DNA of 64,000 nt, from positions 39,618,001-39,682,000 of the forward strand of contig NC_045138.2 of the NCBI RefSeq assembly GCF_008831285.2, read 5' to 3'. Positions 28,784 through 39,550 of the stretch are shown here, in pieces. Below the pieces are notes generated by a model. It saw only the letters and a program-made list of their open reading frames with translations, searched no databases and was not told where the DNA came from. The stretch's first letter is position 1, and each line of letters begins with the position of its first letter. The stretch comes from Nymphaea colorata. Lineage: Eukaryota. The position numbers were made by a program, and so were the translations under genes.

Positions 28784-29086
28784 CGAAATATTGCGCACGC
28801 TGCTTCCCCACCCCTCATCCATCGACTCATTGGCTCTCGCTCTCTCATCTTCTGCCGTTGAATCGCGTTGCTTCTTCTTCTTCATCTTCTTCGTTCTTTA
28901 ATTTTGCCAACTTGTTGGCGGTTTCTTGCTCGAGCTGAAGTGACTCCTCGGGTTCTTTCTTCAGTTTCCGAGCTCCGTAGATTGGTTTCCTACGACCACG
29001 TGTTGCTCTTTCGTTTCATATCCTCCCGTTTGTTGGGGGAGTGGGTTTCTGAACTCCGAAGTGACGTTGATCGGATTCACCAACAG

Positions 29087-29737
29087 GTAACGTTTGTTCC
29101 CACTGCTCTGAACTCGCGTGAGGTTCTTCACAGCCGGAAAGCGGTCCTTAATTTCCCCCTTTTTCTTCTCTGCGACTGTTTACTTTTAGAGAATTTTCAT
29201 GGCTTTTGTCCTTTGTCCTTTTCCTTCTGCTTCTGCTTCTCAGAGGCGACGCCTGAACTACCAACTTCCTCTTTTCGCTTGAGAAGTCCTTCGGGCTTCG
29301 GTGATTCGTGTTGTGTTCGTCCCTTTTCTTCTCCTCTCTTTCTGAAGGCCTCGTCCTGTTCCGTGCCGTTCTGTCGCCCGCCATGGTGTCTCTCTGAGTG
29401 CCATTTTGTCTTTTTGCCGTCAGCCTTTTGTTTCTTCTTGATCCCGTTCGTTTCCTGAAACTCTACTTTCGCGGTCGCGCTGTGCTCGCTGAATACGGGA
29501 ATCTTCTGGGAATTTTCCTTTTCTCTTATTTGGGTTTGAATGGAATTCATAGAGTGAGAAGGAATTCCCGGGGAAACTTCTGTCTCTTTTGAGAACATTA
29601 TTATTCTGGATGGGTGCCGTGGTGGCCCCCCAACCATTTATAATGAAACAAAAGGGAGAAGACCATAACAGAACTAGCGGAAAAAATGCCTTGTTTTGAT
29701 ATATGTATGTAACCTTCCGATCGTTTTGGTCTTTCAG
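29087..29737 (+). other. Predicted 5'UTR intron of the JAR1-like gene
   Basis: Strong donor CAG|GTAACG at 29087, T-rich interior, acceptor GGTCTTTCAG| at 29737, 92 nt before the ATG. Confidence 0.6.
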
Positions 29738-29829
29738 GCTTGGAGAAGTGTCCGTAGATCCGAAACTGTGAAACAGAAAAACTCTATCTTGGAGTAGAAA
29801 TCCGTAAGGTTCCTAGCCAGCAAGGACCG

Positions 29830-32800
29830 ATGTTGGATAAGGTCGGAGCATTCTGTCAGGAGAAGGTAATAGAGGAGTTTGAGGCGAAGTCTAGGGACGC
29901 CGGAAAGGTTCAGGATAACACTCTCTGGAGGATTCTCCATGAGAATGGTCAATCAGAGTACTTGCAGAAATGTGGTTTGGGGGGGAGGACTGATCCCGAG
30001 AGTTACAGGGCATATGTCCCGCTCGTGACTCATGCGGATTTGGAGCCGTATATTCAGAAGATCGTTAATGGGGAGAATAAGTCTGCTCTCACAGAGAAAC
30101 CAATCTCTACCATATCTCTCAGGTTCCTTTATTCTCTTAGTTTCGGTTGCTCCCCTCTTTGTTGGTGCATTGATTTATAGCACTATTTACTGTATAATTC
30201 TCAAACTTTTACTGCTTTGTCGCAGCTCCGGGACGACGCAGGGGAGGCCCAAGTTTTTGCCTTTCAATGATGAGCTTGTGGATAACACCATGCAGATATA
30301 CCGGACGTCATTTGCTTACAGAAACAGGCAAGTTCTTCCCTACCAACACGAACTTTTTGCCGGTACTGTCTCCATCCGGCTTCTTGCTTCATCTGCTGCT
30401 GTTATACGCACACTTGCAGTGCCATTAAATGGGCTTTCTTCATGCAAGCGCAAGATTCAGTTTGTTTTCCTTTGCGTGGTTAACCGTTCCTTTCATGGAA
30501 TGATCTCTTTCTTTGGAGTGAATGTGAAAAGAGTTCCGAAAATCGCGTTCCTTCTTTCCGGGACTGCGTGGTTCCTCGTTTTGCTTTCCTGCAAGTACAC
30601 AGAAAGAAACGAAAAACCTTTCATTGTTGAAAGACAAGTCCTCTGAGCGGAGGTGTTCTCTTTTCCGCGTTCTTGTGAGGCTACACATAGTGCGAGTACC
30701 TCCTCTGAGAGTCTGAGAAGATGCTGGACGATCTTTTGGCTACTACCTCTCTTTACGTGTTCAACTCCGGCACTTTTCCCAAAATGCGCGATTATGTTCT
30801 CTGTTAACACGCAGAACTCACTTTTCCTCCATTTGTTTTTGCTGATTCTTCTATGTTACTGTGATTACCCTTTTTGACAAAGGAAAAACTTCTTATCTAT
30901 TTAAAATTTGAGGAAGAGTTTCTGTTTATGTGTTCACTGTGGGAGAATCGTACAGGCTACAGCGTGATCATCTCCGCCAAGATATGATACAAGGCATTGG
31001 CTACTGAAACATTGGACTTTCCCCATAAGTTTTTCATGGTTCTGTCACTTCCGTCGTGGTTTTGCAGTTTGGGATCCTTGTACCTTGCACAAGAAATACA
31101 CTATTTTCCTGCAGGACTGCAGTAGGTTGGATTTTTTTTTTTTTGCACTATGACTGCCTCTTCTCCAGCATAGATAAAGGATATGTCTGACCTGTATGAT
31201 TGATTCACAACGTGATCTGACAGTCATGAATGCTTGTAATTCGTGCTGGTCCATACGACTATGAAATGTGTTGTCAGATTTGAGTTCGTAACAGATAGCC
31301 CTTTCCAGTGTTCATGGCGTCACTTGTTTGGGCATGCTTTCTTTTCCGCTTGATCTGCTGCTAATTTAGTGGGGAATTCTTAAGATGCTTTTCTTACTAC
31401 AGTAGCTCGCTCTTTTACCATCTCATGTAGTAAGCACCATTTTCATGTCTCAGCTAGTTCTGTCTCATCTTCTAATGCCTTGTTTCTTTGGAATCTACAG
31501 AGAATTTCCGATCAAGAGTGGAAGGGCCTTGCAGTTTATCTACAGCAGCAAGCAGTTCAAAACAGAGGGGGGTCTCTTAGCAGGCACTGCTACAACCAAT
31601 GTGTACAACACCGATCAGTTCAAGGCGACGATGAAGGATATACTGTCGCAGAGTTGCAGCCCGGATGAAGTCATATTCGGAGCTGACTACAAGCAATCTC
31701 TGTACTGCCACCTCTTGTGTGGGCTCATCTATTCCGATGAGGTTCAGTTCATATCTTCCACATTCGCTCACGGCATCGTCCATGCTTTCCGAACATTCGA
31801 GCAAGTCTGGGAAGAACTATGCGAGGACATAAAAGAAGGCGTCCTCAGCAGCCGAATCACCATCCCATCGATGCGGATTGCCGTCTCCAAAATCCTGAAG
31901 CCCAGACCTGAATTGGCGGCCACCATTCGCCGGAAGTGCAGCAGCTTGAACAACTGGTATGGACTAGTCCCTCAGCTCTGGCCCAATGCCAAGTACATCT
32001 ATGGCATCATGACAGGTTCAATGGAGCCTTATCTGAAGAAACTGAGGCATTACGCCGGCGATTTGCCCTTGTTGAGTTCCGATTACGGATCATCGGAGGG
32101 ATGGATTGGTGCCAATGTCAATACACGAGCGCCCCCTGAGGAAGCAGTGTTCACCGTGCTTCCAGATATCGGTTACTTTGAGTTCATTCCTCTGAGAAGA
32201 GACGTTGGCAGTGAAGAAACAAATTTAACAGCAGCTTTGGCTGTCTATAACGAATTTGAACCTGTTGGTCTTACGGAAGTTAAGGTCGGGGAAGAGTATG
32301 AGGTCGTCGTCACTAATTTTGCAGGTAAAGGTCCTCCATTACCGATGCTTTTAAGCGCATTTATTCCTAGAGCAAAAGTTTCCTGTTACTGTATATATCA
32401 TATTAGGAACAGCGTTTGCATCATGAGTTGTCTTTCGGTTTAATTAATAGCTCGATACGTTCTTATTCGCTACATGTTGGCAAGTAGGAATCATATTCCT
32501 CCATGCTTCCTCTGCGTTGGCTCCCCAAAAGCTCTTTCAGACACGAGCAGTAGCGGCCATGATTGCTCTGTCATTACTTTTCCATTGGTTTTGTTGTCTC
32601 CAACTTCTCATGTGCTTTACTCACTACTCGCTGGAGTGAGGACAGTCGTTTTCTTTTCGTGGAACAAAGCGGATCCTTTTTCCTTTCTTTTAAGTATCTC
32701 TCATACCAAATTAGGTTTTCTCACTTTTCGCTTTTCTGTTTCTCTAATGTGTTCTTTCCATAGTGTTCTAAATCTTGCAAATACAAGATTATATACATTA

Positions 32801-33867
32801 GCACTGTGTCCTCAATCTATTGTATGTCTGTATTAACAATTAATAATTTGATTATAGTAATTTATTTCAAAGGACCGTACGATTGGACGAATTATTAGGT
32901 AGGGAGTCATGGTCCACCGTCGGCCATTGTAGAATGGTAGGATGCATTTTAAAAATGGAGTCCCGCGAGACACAGATGGATGGAAAACTGCACACGCTAG
33001 GAAGAAGAACAAGTGTCAAAAAATGGTATAATTTGAAGAAGAGATATTTAATACGCCACTTTCCACTGATGCGCCATATTCCTTTAACAATGATGTCGGC
33101 ATGACCTTGGCTTCGTTATTTATTTGTCCAACTTTCCTATGGAAAGCGGGTCGCTGATTTGTTTGTGGTTGGGCATATTATTTGAAGTCCTTTTGACTGC
33201 ACATATTTAGATTTATGAATGATAATTAAATATGAGTAGGTGTAAAAATTAGAGATTAATCCAGATATGTGGTGATATTATAGGAAAGAAAGTAATCTTC
33301 CAATGGTTTATTGTTCTTTGTCCAGGTTTATACCGATACAGGCTGGGGGATGTGGTGAAGATAAAGGGTTTCTACAACTCCATTCCGCAGCTGCAATTCA
33401 TATGCCGGAGGAGTCTCCTTCTCACCGTGAACGTGGACAAGAACACGGAGAAGGACCTGCAATTGGCGGTGGAGCGGGCGGCGGAGCTGCTGGCCAAGGA
33501 CATGGCGGAACTGGTTGATTTCACGAGCTACGTCGACATGACCAGCGATCCCGGCCACTACGTCGTCTTCTGGGAGATCAACCAGGAAGCCAGCGAGTCC
33601 ACTCTCCAGGACTGCTGCTGCTGCATGGACCGGTCGTTCTTGGATGCCGGCTACATCAGCTCCCGCAAGTCGAAGACGATCGGAGAGCTGGAGCTCAAGA
33701 TCCTGCAGAGGGGCACGTTCCACCGGATTCTCGACCATTACCTGAACCTCGGCTCCGCCGTCAGCCAGTTCAAGATGCCCCGCTGCATCGGCGCTTCCAA
33801 CCAGGCAGTCTTGGAGATCCTCAAGAACAGTGTGACCAAGAGCTATCTCAGCACTGCGTTTGGTTGA
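29830..33867 (+). CDS. JAR1: Jasmonoyl-L-amino acid synthetase, JAR1/GH3.11-like (GH3 group I), 586 aa. Exons 29830-30122, 30226-30327, 31501-32324, 33326-33867
   Basis: Spliced length 1761 nt is a multiple of 3 and open. GH3 motifs present: SLSSGTTQGRPKF, DYGSSEGWIG, GLYRYRLGDVV, GHYVVFWEI, QFKMPRC. The C-terminus SYLSTAFG and N-terminus MLDKVGAFCQEKVIEEFE resemble JAR1. Confidence 0.95.
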
Positions 33868-36584
33868 ACACTCCAACCACACCTACCTACCTTCTCCTCC
33901 TCTGGTCTCTGTTCTGCATCTTGTATTAACTTCTTCTGTAATGGCTTCCCTAATGTTGGGTGTTTATCTTTCTGAAGATCGCCACTGTCCTCTATACGGC
34001 TTTTATCTTACCATGAGCACTGACAGTGCTGCCATCCATCTTCTGTACTGCTGTAATGCTCCTTTGTGTCATGGAGGAATCGTCCTGCTCCCTCCTCCTC
34101 TTCTGTATAATTTTCACCTGCAAGCCTATCTCTGATGAAATTGAAAAAAAAAAAATTGTAAGTTTATATATACAGTGAACGATGGCAGAAGTAGCAGGCT
34201 TGCATCAGATGGGGAGCGCCCAAACTGAACCAGATCAATGGCGCCCCTCGTGGACTTCTCCCTCCATGGAAGAAAAGAAACCAGTTTCTCTTGAACATCT
34301 TATCTTAACACGTTTCAAAGCCCAATTAGTGAAAGAAGTTGGGTGATGATTAATACTAACAAAAATAAAGAGAAAATTTGAGATGACTAGCTAAAAATTT
34401 AGGCGTATGTGCGCTCAAACCATTGTTAGGCAAGTTCACTATAGTATTTTAGACGCAAAATCGGATCTAGATAGTACAATTTGATTATGGTATGTACCAT
34501 TGCTATTGCTAATAATTTCACGTAACCCTTTTTGGTAGACATTCCAAACTGCTTTGATGCTTCCACTTTATCTAATATCAATTAAAAATCCGTTTTTCAC
34601 ACACCGAGTTTCTGCTCGGCCCCGGCCACTTGGGTACTTTTTTCTGCCTCGAACTATGTCTACATCGCACATCAGATCAAGAAAAATTTAACATTGCAAA
34701 TCTTAATATCAACTTTTAGAAAATAAAAGGATAACGGACATGTCGGTGGCCTTGGGGCTGATGGAACTATAGGAATACTCTCCAACCTTAAGAAAGTGAA
34801 TGAATAAAAACAGATAATCCAAGCACCGATGTAAGAACAAATCATCCTTTTTCACAAAGTGAGACGAAGACAATAATACCGGTCACCCACTGTCCCCTGT
34901 AAGATTATGGAACTCATGATGAGCTTTTCAACTTGAAGGGACGTCTTGTTCATGGCATTTCAGAAACGGAAGACAAACACCATGAGGAAAAGACTCTTCA
35001 CTGGCACGACAAAAGAACCACAGTACTAGTGAACCAATGTGTGACCTTCACTGACGTTAGAGACAGCTCGCTTCAATGAAGCGATCATTAATGGAACGCT
35101 TACAAGTTGCATAGCAGACGTTACTTAAAATACATCACCATATTTAAAATACATCACCATCAACTCAAGGGGATATGTGGTGAACAAGAAATAAAAAAAA
35201 AAAGAAAAAGAAATTAAAGGCTGTTTGGGATTGAAAACAATAATATGCTATTGTTTAAAAAGTGTTTCGTGAATTTATTTTATAAATCAGATGCATGTAC
35301 ATGAAACAATTAACATACTGCTACTTACTTGTTCTGAACAAGCTCTTAAGGTTCAACGAGGCTGACATAGTTTGAGTTTCTTTAAATCCCCTTGAACAAC
35401 TATGATTCTCGCCAGCTTCTATTCTGGCAACAATACGATGTTCCTCTTTCATTTGATAATAGTTTGTTGTTGTTCCACTAAGCTTTCTAAAAACTGCTGC
35501 AAATTTATACAGACTTAACGAGAAAATCCCTTCATCCTAAGGATATCACATCAGGTGTATCATAAAAGGGCTTCATGCCGAACCATCGCGAATGGTGCCG
35601 CCCCTGGAGAGAGCTGTCAAAATGTAGGAGACAGGACTGGCCAGGGAGATGCTCATCCCACTGTCAAATCAACATTCGTTTGGCCTTTTGGAAAAGCAAG
35701 GGCTCTCAACAGGCTGGTCGCTCACTGTAATGATTTCAGGTCGGTAGATCTTTAACACCAAAATTTATTTCATGGAAGTCGGCATTGGACTCACTCTCTC
35801 TCCGCCAGGACCCACTACATCCACTTGGTCAGTCCAGAAGAGGGAGTTGATCAATCACATCATCTCGTGTTGGCTATGTGTCTTTCTGCTTGATGTATGT
35901 TTCATTTACAGGTTTGAGACTTTCTTCTCATCTTTCCTTCTTCAAGGTCCACTATGTTGGTCGTGGGCAGGTAGATTTTCTAGGGCTCTAGCCACCTACC
36001 AAACAAGTCCTTTTGCTTGGACTTGAAACTAGAAGTGAACTGATCTGCAGTTAGCCCATTGAGTTGTGAAACTTATTTATAAATGGCTGGCAAACTTGTC
36101 GAGACTCGGAAAAACAAGTTCGATCGCGACGTGAAATTGGCGGTGTGCTGTTCACAATATAAGCTTTAAGTCTTTTAAAGTGATCATACTGATGTATATT
36201 TAGCAAATATTTGTACAAGTCAGTGTAAGTCTATAAAGGTTGAAGTTACCAAATATGTGTGAGTGGGTCTCTGCAAGCAACTCATGCCGACTCATAAAAG
36301 CCTGTATCAATAATAAAGTACGTCTACTTGAAGTCTAGCGTTCTGCTGCAATGAGTTCCAGGCGTTGATTTGCAGCAGCAGAAGCAGCCTTTCTCTATTT
36401 TCCTCGCTATCTATCTAGCTATCAATCTATCCATCGATCGATCTACAATGAGTTCCAGGTGAAATGGTTGTTTGTTCCCTTAACCACAGAATAATTAATC
36501 CAACAAATCTGGAATGCTTAGACATGTTTGTTTGTGCTTTATTATTCTGCTGTCACTTGTTTGGTTCTTGACACCTGTTCCCAA

Positions 36585-36796
36585 CAGGGGCGGAGTCATG
36601 ATTTTTTTTAAGGGCGGGCCAAATGGAGGTTGGATTTTTTGGGTTTGATTTGGGTGGGGCCAAATTGAACGCACAACCAAAAAATACATAGGGCAACAAA
36701 ATTTTTTTATTTTTTATTTTTTACAATGTATTTTTTTTTTCAATTCATTAGGGTGGGGTCATAGCCTAAGCGAGCCCTCCCCTCCCTCGGCCCCTG
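36585..36796. mobile_element. Intact 212-bp hAT-type MITE with 8-bp target site duplication
   Basis: TIRs CAGGGGCGGAG / CTCGGCCCCTG; perfect flanking repeat GTTCCCAA at 36577-36584 and 36797-36804. Confidence 0.9.
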
Positions 36797-39550
36797 GTTC
36801 CCAAAGCAGGGGCGTTACTGGTCCGGACATTTTCTTCTATCAAATGTTCTCCTTGTCTCAATCTCCTCACAACCATTGAAAGGGTGTCCGCTATGAATAA
36901 ATTTATGTTCTTGAAACACCTCCCGCTAGTTGTTTCCTAAGTTGATTGTAGATATTGTTGACTCTTTACATTAAAATCTGATCAGACTTCTCAAATCCCC
37001 GAGGTTATAAGCATCGTTGGGTGGCCATGATTTTTTTTATCTGCACGTCCCTGGTTCTCCTCCTTCATGATTTATCACCTCGCGCTCTTCAATCATTTGC
37101 GTGAAAAGTGGTGTTGACTAGCATGAGAGAGGGAGTGTGCTGCTGTTAGTTCGCAAGGCCATTTCGAGGAAGAAAACATAAAACAGGTATTTTCTAAATT
37201 GATGAAGTATATTATTAAATAATATTAAAACATATTCAAAACACGTGAAGCTCTTCTATGAGTGGCTTCTTGTGTGCGTAGAGAGAGGAGGGAGGAGGAT
37301 GGGTTTATTTTTTCTCTTTTTATCATTTTTTCCTCTCCACAACCATCATCGAGATGATGTCATAGGAAATACGGAAAAATGTGTTTAACCAAACCTATTC
37401 TGAGATTGGTTTATCATACCTTTTGTCATTTGACAGTTTTTACTCATTTTCTTTCATGATCTGCCTTATAGCATGAATCAAAACTAAGAATAGCTGGTCA
37501 GCCACCTTGTTGCATAGACGATATAAAATAATGCTTTTAAATATAAAATATATTTTTAGTAATAAAATATTTAGTATTAATAATAAAAATTTGTATTTAA
37601 AAGTTATCGAACCGGATCAGACCCCCATTGGGCAGACTTGAGCCCGGTTTCTTGGGTCCAGACCGGGCCAAGTACCTGCCGGTGGCCTGACCCAGGTATA
37701 ACTACAAATAGTGGGATTACAACACTCTAATTAACAGGTCAGGTGCACTGTACCCTATTCAACGAAGAGTTCAGACATCTTTTTGAAGTGGTGGGGTTGT
37801 TATGAATCAATAACAGTTTATATATATTTTAAATTATTGTTATAAGATTTTCAAATCAATCTTTTGAATTATGTTTTGCTTTTAAAACTCATCTTACATG
37901 TCAAAAGTACCTTTTTTTGTTTTGATTTATATGTTCTTAAGCATATTACATCTGCATAATTATTTTGGAAGAACATGTGAAAAGTATAAAATCGTAAAAT
38001 CAATCCCAAAATGGTACTGATTTAATGCATTTCCTAAGTGAGAGAATTCACAAGGATATGCGTATGTATCATTCCATGTAAATGGAACAGGGTCTAGCTA
38101 ATGGGTCGTGTCAGCGAATCAGATTTATATGGTTAAATGTGATCTTGATATGGGCGCTCGGGATTTTCTCCATCATCTCACTGAAGACGTCATGAGCTCA
38201 GAACAGATTTTCCGATCATTTTGGTTGAAAGAAGGGAACTCATTAACCCCAAAAAAAAAAAAAACATATCATCTTACCTGAATAATGCCATAAGTATAAG
38301 TTAATGCCATTCAATGAAGACTTTTTTCCCTAGGGCATCTGATCCTCGCAAGAGTTGCAAGGTATAGAACCCTTTTTCACTTTCAAGAGGAAAAGACGGC
38401 GAAAAAGAGTCGATAAGGGCAGCACACTTCCAGGCTTCCAGCAATAAAAAAATGCCCTAAAAGACAGTATAAAACTTCAGTCACGGAACCAGGTGATTCA
38501 GTGAAAGGTGTTAAAATTCGAAGGACCCAAATATGATAATGCCAGCCCCATTTCCCAGCTGGGTGCTAAAATCACGTAGCACTCCCACGATAAACGCCCT
38601 TTGGTAGACATTGTTTGTCTCGCTTGTTTGAAGGGGTATGGACCTTTAAGGACTCGAAACTTTTTTGTTTAACATTTCAAATCTCAAAGTAGACTCTCTT
38701 GTACACGCTGATGCCTTGTTGGGGGGTGTTCGCCTTCCCCAAAAACTCAACTCAAGCAAAGATAAAGCACACCCACTACAGCAACCACCCCACCGCCTAA
38801 GCAGGCAGTAGCACAACTAAGAGAATAATGAGAGTCAGCATCAGTTGGATTCCCATAGATACTATTCCCTCCAATTACAAAAGATGGCATATTCCCTTGA
38901 ATTACAAAAGATGGCACTACTTTGGAGTTTGATGAAAACAACCGCAAATTCACTAGTCGACACTCCTGTCAAGTTGACGAAAATAACCGTAACCTAAATC
39001 CTGGAGGTAGAAGAAACTAAAAGAGGATTTCAGCCTCTGATTCCCTCCACTCACCCAAAGCATTTGAAAGGAAATAAAAATAAAAGAACAAATGAATCCA
39101 CGAGTGAGAGAATACTAATAAATATTTGCAAGAGATTAGCATCATTTCATCTCTGAACAAAATCATCGTTTTAAAGCAAATGAGAATGGAATTCTGTTTT
39201 TGCTTCGACTGATCACCTGCAGTTGTACGATGATAATATTTTGCTAGGTCAAGACCGTTTAACAACTCAAGGAGGAAGTCCAAGAGAATAGTCTAGCTCG
39301 ACTACAAGTGCAGGAGGGACTGGTAAAGGGTATGGCAGGATCAAACGACTCACAAGTCAAAACCATAGCCCCAAAGCATGTCATCAACAATACAGAGTCT
39401 TCGCAATTCCAAGCAAGTTCTCGATCAACAGTGAACCAACAAGATCTCTGCAGTAAGTGACGCAACTTTAGGTCCAGAAAACATAAAAACATAAATACTG
39501 CACAATATATCAACCTTACTCCATTTAGAGTTCTAGTTTAACGAATTGAA

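Noticed and set aside
28868..29637. Several 60-196 aa ORFs on both strands
   Set aside because: They lie in the CT-rich JAR1 leader and leader intron, are low complexity, several start at non-ATG codons, and show no recognisable domain.
33328..33882. 184-aa minus-strand ORF
   Set aside because: Antisense shadow of the GC-rich JAR1 last exon.
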